The notes: a model not told the origin generated them from the letters alone. Counted from the whole stretch's first letter, positions 37,758 to 50,898 are shown. The stretch is DNA of 63,780 nucleotides, filler included, from Octopus bimaculoides (GCF_001194135.2; 11 parts of 9 records of this genome joined end to end with filler, not necessarily neighbours in it), one strand, 5' to 3'. Made by a program: numbers and translations.

Positions 37758-38289
37758 GGCATCACATGTGATGTCTCAGATGAGTGGCCTACTGCCACGG
37801 AACGAGAGAATTGTCAAACTATCAGGTTTTTTTACCATCTCCTCAGTCTAGTCGGGCTGGGAAGGGAAGTCTGCGGCGTCTAGCCCCAGGTTTTATGATT
37901 TCGTTAAGGGTGGCATGGCGTGAAAGGCAACCAAGCTCTACGATGACAATGGATGAAGGCCGAAAGAATCTACAGTGCATCCGCAGCGACATTTGTGAAG
38001 CGGTTAAACAATAACATCCACAATTAGTCTGAGGCTCGATCTGAACTCAACGATCAAAGCTCATTCAAATTGTAACCGATTTTACAGCTATATATCTGTG
38101 TGGCGGTCATATGGCAGATAAAAAGAATGGAGTATGACTGTACAGAAGGACAAGTTCATTCCATGATTCTTATTAACAGCTAGACAAACTGAAGAAACAG
38201 ACCTGCACAGATGAAGGAGCTGTAGGCTATGTCACTTAATAGCGGTTTATATGTAAGGATACGTTAAAATATTGATTATAAATTTAGGC

Positions 38290-38475
38290 AAAAGGTCAGC
38301 AATTTCGAGGGAAGAGGTAAGTCGATTACACCAACCCCAGTGTTTTACTAGTACTTAATGTATCGACCCCAAAAGGATGAAAGGCAAAGACAACCTCGGC
38401 GGAATTTGAACTCGCACCGTACAGACGGACGAAATGCCGCTAAGCATTTTGCCCGGTTCTGCCAGCTCGCTACCT
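38290..38475 (-). mobile_element. SINE family 1
   Basis: Core and head match other copies. Confidence 0.75.
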
Positions 38476-39194
38476 TCGACACGTTAAAATATTATTTCTA
38501 TGATCAAGGACATTCTAGCTGTGACCATCCAGTTTATTTAAGTGGTAGCCGTGACTGGACTATTAAATTTGCTTCCGTTTGTTTTTAAGACGGGAGGATT
38601 GTAATTTTGAGGGATATTGGCTGCTATTTCTAGCATGTTTTTCAGCTAACAAGAAAACTTCTCCATTGGCTCATGAGGGATGTTAGAGTAGAGAGAATTG
38701 CAGATATCCGAATAAGTAAGATATAGGTCTTGCCACAGCTACAGTCCATCCAACTGAAATCGTACAACACTGCGTATCAAAGCACCCACGATGGTGCAGT
38801 CTAAAGTATGCAGCAAGACTTCCAGGTTTGCGTGCGTGTATGTGTGTCTGTGTGTGTGTGTGTGCGCGCGCGCGCTGGCTTGCGTACGTGCGTGCGTATG
38901 TATGTATACAGAGTGTCCGTAAATTACCCTTACAATTTGAACAATCCAGAACAAAATTGAAAAATAAATATAATCCAACAGTTTATTGGAAAACAAATAA
39001 AGTTTTATTGGAACACTTCCTAGTGGGCTCCATTGGTTTCAAAGAAGTTGGTTGATGACTCAACTTTAATAGATAAGATAATTTGGAAGTTGTAAATAAT
39101 GTGGAAGTTGTAAAGATAATTTACGAACACCCTGTACATAGGTATACAATTTTCGATTTTTCTCAGTTGTATCCACACACACACACACATAGGT

Positions 39195-39415
39195 TTCAAA
39201 TTTGGTCACAAGGCCAGTCAGTATTGCTGCCTCAGGGCTCAATTGACCTCAGGGCTCAATCGACCTCAGTGCTCAACCGATACTTATTCTAACGACTCCG
39301 AAAGGATGAAAACCAAGGTCGACCTCAGCGGAATTTGAACTCAGGACGTAAAGACGGACGAAATACCGCTAAGCATTTTGTTTGACATATTAACGATTCT
39401 GCCAGCCCATCACCT
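39195..39415 (-). mobile_element. SINE family 1
   Basis: Core and head match other copies. Confidence 0.75.
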
Positions 39416-40299
39416 TATCNNNNNNNNNNNNNNNNNNNNNNNNNNNNNNNNNNNNNNNNNNNNNNNNNNNNNNNNNNNNNNNNNNNNNNNNNNNNNNNNN
39501 NNNNNNNNNNNNNNNNNNNNNNNNNNNNNNNNNNNNNNNNNNNNNNNNNNNNNNNNNNNNNNNNNNNNNNNNNNNNNNNNNNNNNNNNNNNNNNNNNNNN
39601 NNNNNNNNNNNNNNNNNNNNNNNNNNNNNNNNNNNNNNNNNNNNNNNNNNNNNNNNNNNNNNNNNNNNNNNNNNNNNNNNNNNNNNNNNNNNNNNNNNNN
39701 NNNNNNNNNNNNNNNNNNNNNNNNNNNNNNNNNNNNNNNNNNNNNNNNNNNNNNNNNNNNNNNNNNNNNNNNNNNNNNNNNNNNNNNNNNNNNNNNNNNN
39801 NNNNNNNNNNNNNNNNNNNNNNNNNNNNNNNNNNNNNNNNNNNNNNNNNNNNNNNNNNNNNNNNNNNNNNNNNNNNNNNNNNNNNNNNNNNNNNNNNNNN
39901 NNNNNNNNNNNNNNNNNNNNNNNNNNNNNNNNNNNNNNNNNNNNNNNNNNNNNNNNNNNNNNNNNNNNNNNNNNNNNNNNNNNNNNNNNNNNNNNNNNNN
40001 NNNNNNNNNNNNNNNNNNNNNNNNNNNNNNNNNNNNNNNNNNNNNNNNNNNNNNNNNNNNNNNNNNNNNNNNNNNNNNNNNNNNNNNNNNNNNNNNNNNN
40101 NNNNNNNNNNNNNNNNNNNNNNNNNNNNNNNNNNNNNNNNNNNNNNNNNNNNNNNNNNNNNNNNNNNNNNNNNNNNNNNNNNNNNNNNNNNNNNNNNNNN
40201 NNNNNNNNNNNNNNNNNNNNNNNNNNNNNNNNNNNNNNNNNNNNNNNNNNNNNNNNNNNNNNNNNNNNNNNNNNNNNNNNNNNNTATATATAATAAATG

Positions 40300-40545
40300 C
40301 GTCCTTTTTAAAGCCTAGGCAGGCTCATGGGCTCGGTTTCCCGGTTTCAATGGCGTATGTGTTTCCCAGCTGGACGGGACGCCAGTCCATCGCAGTGTTA
40401 CTCATTTTTGCCAGCTGAGTGGACTGGAGCAACGTGAAATGAAGCTTTTTGCTCAAGAACAACGAGTCGCCTGTTCTAGGAATCGAAACCACAATCTTAC
40501 GATCATGATGCTGACACCCTAACCACTAAGTCACGCGCCTCCACA
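40300..40545 (-). mobile_element. tRNA-derived SINE (family 3-related core)
   Basis: Minus-strand head GTGGAGGCGCGTGACTTAGTGGTTAGGGTG..., B-box-like GGTTTCGATTCC, core TTGAGCAA...TTTCACGTTGCTCCAGTCCACTCAGCTGG. Confidence 0.75.
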
Positions 40546-41149
40546 TATATATAAATATGATCTATTATCCAGCAGAATACTCAATATATACACGCACTTT
40601 CTTCGGCATTAATAAAGCGGCATAAAGCTCAACATAATAAAAGTATTAAGATAAAGCATATAGACATATACATATTTTTATAAGCACACAAATATCTAAA
40701 AATATTTTAAAACATTTATAAATACATAGTCATTTTTAAAAATATCTAAGTAAAATAAATACAAAATATACACATAATTAGATATAAAAATGTTGATATT
40801 ATATAAGATATAGTGAATTATAAATTCACACAATATACTATAGAGGAATAAAAATTTAGAGGTCACAACACAAGCATATAGAATATTTAAAAACACTTAG
40901 ATATTTAAAAATGTATAAAACATTTATAAATACAAAGGCATTTTAAAATAGAAGACGTCGATATGAAATAGGATATAGTAACTTATAAGTTCATAGGATA
41001 TAGTAACTTATAAATTCATAGGATATGTTATAAGGACTAAAGATTTCAGGTTAGAACACAATGCGTGTGGAAAGTAGAAAGTCAGACATTTTACAGCTTT
41101 AAACGGACATACTAAAATTAGAGACAATGTTCATTGGATCCAAAAGTTT

Positions 41150-41237
41150 CATTGATGGGCCGTTTTGGAGACGTGTCAGTTAATATGACATGAATTTCAT
41201 ATTTTAAAGAAACCTGTCACTCCCCTCATCAGGATGC
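41150..41237 (-). ncRNA. Degenerate type-I hammerhead-like motif
   Basis: Minus strand GCATC-CTGATGA-GGGGAG...CTCC-AAAA-CGGCCCA-TC-AATG. Restoring three CpA dinucleotides to CpG gives GAAA, a paired stem III, a GTC triplet and a paired stem I. Confidence 0.45.
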
Positions 41238-41300
41238 TCCACAACACGAAAGACACCGTGAAGATAATACATAAAAGGACAACTCACATATTCACGTTCT

Positions 41301-43799
41301 ATTTCTTTAGTACCTACAAGGGGCCAACACAGAGGGGACAATACATTTGATTTTGGGGTCAGGGAACCGGATGGGAAAACAAAAAGATGACATCAAAAAT
41401 TCAACACAAAATAAATAAAACGAATGATAAGACAGACTGGAAGACATTACGGATGGAGTGGAAAGAGGGGTTCAGCACGGACCCCACGAGCCCCGCCTCG
41501 CTACTGATACCTCAGATATAGCTAGTGTCGCGTTCATGTGGTTACATTCACTCGCAACATTCGTGCTACATTCTTCCATCGACTCTCAAACGTTTTCGCA
41601 GTCAGGCATTTCCTCTCTAGCTCTATTTTCCTTTTAAGATGGAAGGCGAAATATCCACCAGTGTAGAGCCAGAGATGAAAATGCCCGACCTTAACCCTTT
41701 CATCCCCGTTCTCTAAACTACCCCTCTCGCAATCGGCACCGCAGTGAGAAAACAAATCCTATCTTCTTTCGAGAGGAAATCAGGCGGGTCAATTTTTACT
41801 ATAGACTCAGTCGACAGCTGTACACCTTCTGCACCTGACAACAGTCGTTCAGCACATACCCACACATCCGATAAGAAGCCGTTCACCTAAACTACCGAGT
41901 CGATGTTGTCGTAAAACTCGATGATCCACATGAGGAAACCAAGACCCAGGCCGAACTGCGCCATAACGGACACCAGGTAGCGATGGCCAACCCTATCGAA
42001 CGCTTTAGATTGGTCTAAATGGACCAGTACCCCCACCCTTGCCAGCATCACCATTAAACCCTTCTAAAGTGTACCGTATAAGATGGAGATTATCCTGGAC
42101 GGTTCTGCCGGGAACGGCACATGTCTGTGCCTCCCCGATCAGACCGTCCGTGACATGCACCAATCTTTTCGATAACACTTTGGCCAAAATCTTCAACTCT
42201 GCGTTTAGCAGAGTGATAGACCGAAAATTATCAATGCAATCCTCCTTGTTCGAGTCCTTTCTGACAAGCGTCACCACTCCCCGGCGCACAGATCTGGGAA
42301 TAAACCCGTTCTGCTGCCAGTTCGCGTACAAATCTAGCATACTCTTATACAACTCGTAGGGTAAACCATCCAGTCCTGGCGCCTTACCTGCGCCGCAGTC
42401 GGCGATCTTTCGATACTAGTCCGAATTTTGTCATGTGTTTATTTACATCAATTCGGCAGTTTCCATAAAAAGTATTGGGTTAGGGAAGTGGGAAAAGACG
42501 CGAAAGAGATAGAGAGAGCGCGATTTTGGCATGTTACTTACCACAGTGGCTGTGGTAAGCAACAAACAAGCAAAAACAAAAACAAAAAACTACCTTCTCT
42601 CTTTCCCTTTCCCTCTCTATCTCTCTCTCTCTCCCTTCATTACACACACATGCCAGTTATCTCTCTTTCTTTCTTTCTCTCTCTCCCTCTCTCACACACA
42701 CAGCAACATTACACACACACACACACACACACACACATATGCCAACTTCAAAAGAAATAGAGGCGATCTTTTTATAGTGAGTATGCGAGACAGAAAGTGT
42801 GGTGTGTATGTGAAGTTCTTTTGTTAGTGTGTGAGAGAAAGAGGGGGGTCCGCAAGGACAAGACAGGGGGTCCGTGGACAGCAAATACTTTTTATGGGCA
42901 ATTTGATTTTATATATGTTTTTTAATCGAAATCTTTTAATTGACAATAAACTTATTTGTTAAATACTGTTAAATAAATAAATGTAAAAATATGTTATTTT
43001 AAGCAAATATTTATGTATAAATTTCATATGTATATATTTCAGGTAAAGCCTGAAATATAAAGGGGTCCGCAAGTCAAAAAGTTTGAAAACCCCTGACCTA
43101 GCACAACTAAAGAATGTGATGTACCAAGAAATTTCTCCAGATTCCGAAAATAATCACTTTGCCCGGATGGCTGGGGTGCATAAATTGCAACCAGTCTGAA
43201 AACATTACCATGGCTGAAAGTCAAGTCCATGACGACCAGCCTACCTTCTGGATCTGAAAAAATTAACTTTTTCTCAGAAACCCGGTTTCTTTTTAACAGG
43301 ACCAACACCCCGCTCACCTAGAAGGACAGCATGGAGAGAAAAAAAACTCTCGTAGCCATTCAACAGGGGGAACAGATCTCTTGGCCCCCTTAACCGGGTC
43401 TGTAGCAACAATGACATCCAAATTTCGCGACCTGATGTCATTAAGGAAGTGATCTTGCTTCCAGCCTGACATCAGGCCACGCACATACTGATCAAAAAAT
43501 TTGCTGGAGAGTTCAGAGAACTTAGTGGCGACTCCATGATGTTGCTTTTTTTTTTTTTGTTTTTTTTTTTGTTAAGGAAACAATTTCGGCACAACGCCGA
43601 ACACAAAATATTTGGGTTTACACCCAACAGACACAGTTCAACAATAATTCCCCCGCACGGGGGAATAAATAACAACTTGCTTTACAAAAAGCAGTAACAC
43701 AGTTCTTGAAATACACAAAAACAGCAACTTACCTTTCACAACAATGTAATAATCCAAAAGTAGACGTTTGCCGAATAACCAAGTAAATCCAAGAATACA
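41301..43799 (-). mobile_element. Tx1/L1-type LINE, degraded and interrupted (APE 43096-43510, RT 41860-42420, C-terminus 41534-41760)
   Basis: APE: SMCVRGL...DIRSRNLDVIV...GVLVLL...DPEGRLVVMD...FRLVAIYAP. RT: GKAPGLDGLPYE...GVVTLVRKD...NFRSITLLNAELKILAKVLSKRL...QTCAVPGR...DNLHLIR...LDQSKAFDRV. C-terminus: HLKRKIELER...FESRWKNVA. Confidence 0.9.
42843..43095 (-). mobile_element. hAT-like MITE fragment inserted in the Tx1 endonuclease region
   Basis: Terminus CAGGGGTTTTCAAAC (minus strand from 43095) and repeated GGGGTCCG motifs interrupt the APE frame. The other terminus is not seen. Confidence 0.6.
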
Positions 43800-43875
43800 G
43801 GACAACTCACATAATCACGTTCTACGAAAAATCTTTGACATTATAGTTATTCCCTGAATATTAACCCATTTCCAG

Positions 43876-44118
43876 TTAACCCATTACCTACCAGTGATCT
43901 CATATGAGATCACTTAAAAATTACAAATTTCGTAATTATCTGTCAATATTTACACATATCTAACCTTTTTGCTATATCTACTAGGTATATTTCTCTGATA
44001 TTCAAATGAGGTTTGCTAATTTGCCACCCAATATCTCGCTTATTTCTATTTAAAATGTTATCAAAGTTTCATAAAAAAAAAATTCCAGTTAAAAGAATTA
44101 TGGGAGGTAATGGGTTAG
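43876..44118. mobile_element. piggyBac-like MITE (about 240 bp)
   Basis: TTAA-CCCATTACCTACC at the left end and GGGAGGTAATGGG-TTAG at the right end (15/17 inverted match). Internal perfect 22-bp palindrome at 43893-43914. Confidence 0.6.
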
Positions 44119-44389
44119 GCCTGTGCAAAGTCTCATTCAAACCAGTCCATTATAGTATTTTTATTGTATTTTTAATTCCATTCCCATGCTTATCCAAAAC
44201 TAGCCATCCCTAGTTTAAATCATACCAATTACATCCTTGCTACGTAATATAATATCTACTAGTATTTACTTCTTTAATTATAGTATAATTTTCAATTATA
44301 TTTTAAATTTTACATTACAAATTTTAAATTTTATATTACAAATTTTAAATTTTAAATTATTATTTTTATCCATACTTCAAGTTCGTATT

Positions 44390-44900
44390 ACAACTTTTCA
44401 TTATTAATACTCTTATTCTTATTTTTATTTTTAAACTTCCACAAAAACGTCGAGTTGATCTTATGCGTGCAAGCTGGAATTGCATCAGTAAATTTATTCA
44501 ACATGGCATGATTAAAATCTTTCAAAATAAAGTATGCCTCCCTGATGCATAATCCACATTTAGTGGATCCATTTCTAAATGGAGAGGCATGAGCCAGGAT
44601 GGACCAAGATAATTTGAACTCTACTCTTCTTTCTCTAAGGTCATTTATGAATGCTGCTAATGTGGTGAATGTCCTATATTTTGGATTCTTAAAGAAACTA
44701 AGGTGGCTTCTATACCTTTGCTAGAAGTCCATCGATCTACCAATATATATTCTCCTTTGGCCATTATGGATTTGTACACTACATTTATAGATGACATTAT
44801 TTTGGCAACAATTTCCACTAATCGGACATTTTAAAGGGGTCCCTACAATTACACTTATCTTGTCCTTTTGGGGGTTTACTGGTAACATTCCTTATCCTAC
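44390..44900 (-). mobile_element. Second Penelope-like GIY-YIG endonuclease remnant
   Basis: KCNCRDP/CPISGNCCQNNVIYKCSV...RRIYIGRSMDF*QRYRSH...TTLAAFINDLRER...KLSWSILAHASPFRNGSTKCGLCIREAYFIL...LNK...CTH. Confidence 0.85.
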
Positions 44901-45498
44901 CACTCTCTCACCCCGCATTGTCAGGATCGATGGTATTCATTGTACTTACGCCTAAGATTCCATAATGATAACTAATAATAATGATAATAGTAATAATAAC
45001 AATAATATTGATGGGAATATTAAATCTAATAATGTGAATCTCATGAATGGCACCACTAATACTAGTAACGAAATGCTTACTGGTGCATATTTCATCACCT
45101 AAACACAGAACAGAAAACACATAACACTGAATGAAACAATAAATCATTTATTCTCGTCTAAAAACATCGATGTTTCTGAATCGTTTCTTGGATATTCAGT
45201 TGAATTCATTTTCGATCCATTCTTTGAAATAAGAAACTCTGGTGAAGACTGACAATCCATTTGTACATTCCCAGCCATAAGAAGTAATGCCTGCCAAAAC
45301 AGTTTCACCGTCGTCGGCACTGGTACAAGCCAACGGTCCACCAGAGTCTCCCTAGAACAAAGATTTACGAAATACATTGTTATATATAAAGATTGAATTA
45401 GATTCAAAATCATTAGAAATTCTGCACTCTGAAATAGTACGTCTCGTTGTACCACCGTCACTATTACTACGAATGCTAAAAAAATATGTATTAATTGC

Positions 45499-45830
45499 GA
45501 AGGCGAGGTGGCAGAATCGTTAGCACGCCGGTTGGGAAGCTTAGCGGCATTTCGTCCGTTTTTACGTTCTCGGTTCAAATTCCACCTAGGTGGACATCAC
45601 CTTTCATCCTTTCAGAGTCGATAAAATAAGTACCATTTGGACACTGGGGTCGATGTAACAGACTTACCCCCTCCTCCGAACTTACTGGCCTTGTGCAAAA
45701 ATTTGAGACCAGTATAATTGTGAGGGCGTGTGGCCTAGTGGTTAAGGTATTGGCGATCACGATCACCAGATCGTTTCCTGGACCAGCGGCGTGATGTGTT
45801 CTTGAGCAAAGCATTTCATTTCAAGTTGCT
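45499..45830 (+). mobile_element. SINE family 1 copy (45499-45712) followed by a family 3 head (45720-45830)
   Basis: A/B-box-like motifs and cores match other copies. Confidence 0.75.
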
Positions 45831-46509
45831 TTTGTGCTGCGTGGGTACCAGCATGTCAAAGAATGGACCCAAAGTTTCCTCTGATTGCGGTAGGATTTGC
45901 AGACAGACGTCGTAAAAACCTCACCGGCAACGACTACACCAAACAGACCCATTGGTTGGAGGGATGTCACCTGAGTGGTGCAAAGGTGTAATTGTGCTGT
46001 ACAGATTACTCTGTGTGTGTGCGTGTGTGTGTAGCTTAGCCGTCATTCGAAAGCACGTATGACTTGGCAACTCGTATCACGCTTTCGCTGGTTGTTTTTG
46101 GTGCCTATCTCGTTGCATATACTCCTTCTCAGTCCTACCATTTTTGATTCGGCGATCGTCGCGAAAATTACAGCTGAATGGAGAGAAAGATGCACCAGCA
46201 CTCGACTGGTGCTGCTTTACGGCTGCGAAGGCACAACTAACGTTAGACACAACGCGTCGCCCCGTTCAGGAATCGAACCTACGACTTGATAGTCATAATT
46301 CCGACCTCTTAATCTTTATATATCTATATATCTCAATTAATTTATCTAGCTATCTGTCTCTAACTCTTTCTCTCACTCACTCTCCATATATATNNNNNNN
46401 NNNNNNNNNNNNNNNNNNNNNNNNNNNNNNNNNNNNNTTAATTAATTAANNNNNNNNNNNNNNNNNNNNNNNNNNNNNNNNNNNNNNNNNNNNATATATA
46501 TATATATAA

Positions 46510-46965
46510 ACCCCCTCAGTAACTTTTTAGATACGCTCTTAAAATCATTCCTCAAGATTATCAAAAGCTACAGAAGTGACAACGGATATATGCTCAAATA
46601 CTTCCCTAAAACAATAAACAAAAACACCCTACTACTAATATCCTTCGATGTAGTCAATCTAGAATTAGAGGCAATTCAAATCTGCCTAGTGAAATAACCC
46701 AATGAACTCCCACATTCGTAATGGATGGGCTAAAATTCATCTTGGAGAATAACGACTTTATCTTCAATGACAACTTCTAACGAGAAAAAATAGGGGATTG
46801 CGATGGGTGCCAGAATGTCTCCTGCCTTTGCTAACTGAGTCATGGGATATCTAGAAATCAGTCTTTATTGTAAGGTACTATTAAAATACGGCAACCCATT
46901 CTCCCTCTACATAGAAAATAAATGGAAGAAGTATCTGGATGGCTATTTCAATCTTTGGCATGAAA
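46510..46965 (+). mobile_element. Penelope-like reverse transcriptase remnant
   Basis: LSNFLDTLLKSF...SFDVVNL...GLKFILENNDFIFND...GIAMGARMSPAFAN*VMGYLE...WKKYLDGYFNLW: PLE RT motifs with a decayed YxDD. Confidence 0.85.
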
Positions 46966-47061
46966 GTATAGAGACCACGGCGCGTCAACATTAGGTCACT
47001 TGACCATTTAAGATGTTTTCATAAGCACCCCACTACTGTCATACTATTCTCGCATTTTCCT

Positions 47062-47237
47062 TTTTGTTCTTGTTCTTGTTCTTGTCCTTGTTCTTGTACT
47101 TGTTGTTCTTGTTCTTGTTCTTGTTCTTCTTCTTCTTCGTCTTCTTCTTCTTCTTCTTCTTCTTCTTCTTCTTCTTCTTCTTCTTCTTCTTTTTCTTCTT
47201 CTTCTTCTTCTTCTTCTTCTTCTTCTTCTTCTTCTTC
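47062..47237. repeat. (TTCTTG)n grading into (TTC)n
   Basis: Directly visible; explains the poly-K and poly-F ORFs. Confidence 0.95.
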
Positions 47238-47869
47238 GCCTCCTTTCTCAAACTACCACTGCTGCTTATAAAATCAAAAGCAAGTATTCATATCAAATAT
47301 TAGCACTACTATTATTTGCTACCATGACCTCACGTGAGTAAAAAAGAATGACAGAGACAAACATTCTTCCATGTTTTTTAATTAACACTATATATATATT
47401 TATATAAGATATATGTGCGCGTGTAAATATATATAATGTGTGTGTGTGAGTGTATGTATGTGTGTGTGTATAATTGAATAAGATGGAATCAAAAAGGTGT
47501 CGAGAGAGACACGCATTTGTATTCAATAGAATTGTAGTGATCATAGGTAATCGTTCCTCTGTACACCTTGCAGACGCCAACTTATATATCCATTCAGACA
47601 AAATAGAGGCCCCAACCCAAATCTAGTTGTACGCATAATACTATTGTTGGAAAGCAGTAGATGAAATCTGAAGGTGGACGAGCTTTATAAGGTACTTCAC
47701 TACTTACTTAACAGAGTATAAACTAACTACATATATATATNNNNNNNNNNNNNNNNNNNNNNNNNNNNNNNNNNNNNNNNNNNNNNNNNNNNNNNNNNNN
47801 NNNNNNNNNNNNNNNNNNNNNNNNNNNNNNNNNNNNNNNNNNNNNNNNNNNNNNNNNNNNNNNNNNNNN

Positions 47870-47904
<35 letters not shown>

Positions 47905-48599
47905 CATTGCATATTTGTACGTGAATGTGTATATATATAGTTATAGGTGTTGCGAACATTCAGTAATGAGTAAATGTAAACTGTAATTTTCGTGTTTGGT
48001 TTCGGAAGCACAAACAACTCTGAAGTTGAAGCCACCAAACAGTGTAATATATCTAAACTAATTTAATTTCTCCATTCGTGATGGAAATCTTTTAAATTAT
48101 GACAAAACATCGTAAATAAAATTAAACTAACGCACAAGTAACATCACACAAAACGTCTATAATGTCAATGTAATAAACAACTACATCAGATGCAAGAAGA
48201 AAAACGCATCTATGTATGAATATATATTAGTATTTCAACTTGCTTTTTTGTAATATATATTAGTGTATAAATATTTGTATCTATATACCAACGTATTCTT
48301 ATTCGTATATTCTTTCACACACGCGCGCACAAACACACGCACATGTACACACACGCATACATACAGATATAAAAATATAAAAATACGTGTGTTAGTCTGT
48401 GCGTGGGTATGCGCTTGTAAGCCTGCAAATATATATATATTCATATATATATATATATATATANNNNNNNNNNNNNNNNNNNNNNNNNNNNNNNNNNNNN
48501 NNNNNNNTTAATTAATTAANNNNNNNNNNNNNNNNNNNNNNNNNNNNNNNNNNNNNNNNNNNNATAGTTACATATCTAGACATGCTCATATATATTTAA

Positions 48600-48775
48600 A
48601 TGATAAACTTCGGAAAGTTTTACAGAATTTTATTGTTCCGGTATTGGATTGGATTTGTAGTCTTCGAATTAGCTTTTGCTTGTCTGGATTTGAGAAGCCT
48701 AATTCTTCAAGATTAATATTTAGGCAGCGTGTTACATATTCCAGTGACCTAATAATTACAAGTATAAAACTGAAC
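48600..48775 (-). mobile_element. RLE-type non-LTR retrotransposon C-terminal remnant
   Basis: VIIRSLEYVTRCLNINLEELGFS...LIRRLQIQSNTGTIKFCKTF resembles the terminal PV.IG.LG...LQ..A..GT..I.. pattern. Confidence 0.5.
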
Positions 48776-50335
48776 TTGTAATCTGGATAGAAAATCTGCA
48801 GATTGCTCAATAGTTCAACATAGGTGTTCTCTTTTCCGCTGATCTTTAGCGTTGTNNNNNNNNNNNNNNNNNNNNNNNNNNNNNNNNNNNNNNNNNNNNN
48901 NNNNNNNNNNNNNNNNNNNNNNNNNNNNNNNNNNNNNNNNNNNNNNNNNNNNNNNNNNNNNNNNNNNNNNNNNNNNNNGTATGTATGTATGTATGTATGT
49001 ATGTATGTATTACAGACGAATGGAGTTTAAATATGCGATAATTATTTAGTCAGAATTCTTTAATGTAGCCTTAATAACTGACTACAGTATTAACGTAATA
49101 TGACAGCGTGTTAATAGATAGAATTGTAAATATATTTGTTTGCGTATCCGTGTGTTCAATATACATTCACTTAGTCTGTCTTTGGAAAAAGTATCCCAAT
49201 ATCTCTTAAGTCAAATCCCATAGCTCTCTCTCTGCAGAACTGAATTAAACACAGTTTACGATCTGGGTCAGTCATTACCAGCTCGATAGAAATGTTTACT
49301 ATACAAAGAACTAGTTATGCAGAAAAAAAAAGTTGCCATGCAGAGGATACGTGCATATGTTAGACATAACAGCTGTATCCGCGTTACACGAGTAAAGCAA
49401 TTGCCAAGAAGACTTACTGAAATGATTCACGATTGTTGGCAGCTGACGCCCTTATATGACTTTTAAACCCGGCCAAGCTTTTACACATTTTATTACATAT
49501 TAGACATACATACTATACTATACATACATACATATACATGCATATTTTTGCATATGTATATCTATGTATATATATGTATGTATGAATCTATCTATTCATC
49601 CATCTATATCTGTTTATATATACGTGTATATATATATATGTGTGTATGAATGTATGTGCTGTATGTATGTATGAATTGTATGTATGTATCTATCTATTTA
49701 TCTTTCCATCTCTCTCTCTATATATGTATGTATATATCTATACATATATATGTGTGTACGTATGTATGTGTTTTCTGCATGTTGTATGTATATGTATGTT
49801 TGACATACATGCATACATACATATATGCATACAAATATACATACATACATGAACACATAGTCTCATACATACATACATACATGCATAGGTACATACATAC
49901 GTNNNNNNNNNNNNNNNNNNNNNNNNNNNNNNNNNNNNNNNNNNNNTTAATTAATTAANNNNNNNNNNNNNNNNNNNNNNNNNNNNNNNNNNNNNNNNNN
50001 NNTTTATATATATATAAGCGTGAGCGTGTGTGTGTATGTGTGTGAATGTATGCGCGTGTACATGCAATATTAAGCTCCCTATTAACGCAAATATCAAGAA
50101 AAAGTGAGAACGAAGCATGAGGCACACACACACACACACACACACACACTTACACATCCATGTACAGAGAGAGAGAGAGAGAGAATGAGAGAGAGAAAAA
50201 TGAGAGAGAGAGATAGAGAGAGAATGAGAGAGAGAGAAAAATATAAAGTATTTTTGTGCATGTGCGTGGTTTTTGTGCGTGTATGTGTTTGTGTGTGAGA
50301 GAGAGTGTAAATGAGACCGCGTTGATGACAAACAT

Positions 50336-50375
<40 letters not shown>

Positions 50376-50571
50376 GTTTGGAGGTGGAGAAAAAAGAATG
50401 ATAAGATAGATAAAAACTACAAAAGAATACAAACGAACAAACAAGAAAACTACACAAACAAAGAAAAAAAAACAACCATTCACAAACAACAGCAACAATA
50501 ACAACAAGTATTTAAAAGATCCAAGATGCTATGAAGAGAGAAAGAAAACGTGTTTGATAAAGGCTGGTCAC

Positions 50572-50834
50572 TGTGGTGGTGGTGGTGGTGGTGGTTGTTG
50601 TGGGTGTGGTGTTGGTGGTGGACCTAGCGGTGATGGTGGTAATGGTGTTAGTGGTAGTGGTGGTGGTGGCAGTGGTGGTGGTGGCAGTGGTGGGGAGGCG
50701 AAGCTTTTTTTGGGGCGCTTGTGGTAGTAGTAGTTGCGGTGGTAGTGGTGGTGGTGGTGGTGGTAGTAGTGATCGTGGTGTTGGTCGTGTTGGTGATGGC
50801 AGTAGTGGTAGTTGTGGTGGTGGTAGTTGCGGTG

Positions 50835-50898
<64 letters not shown>

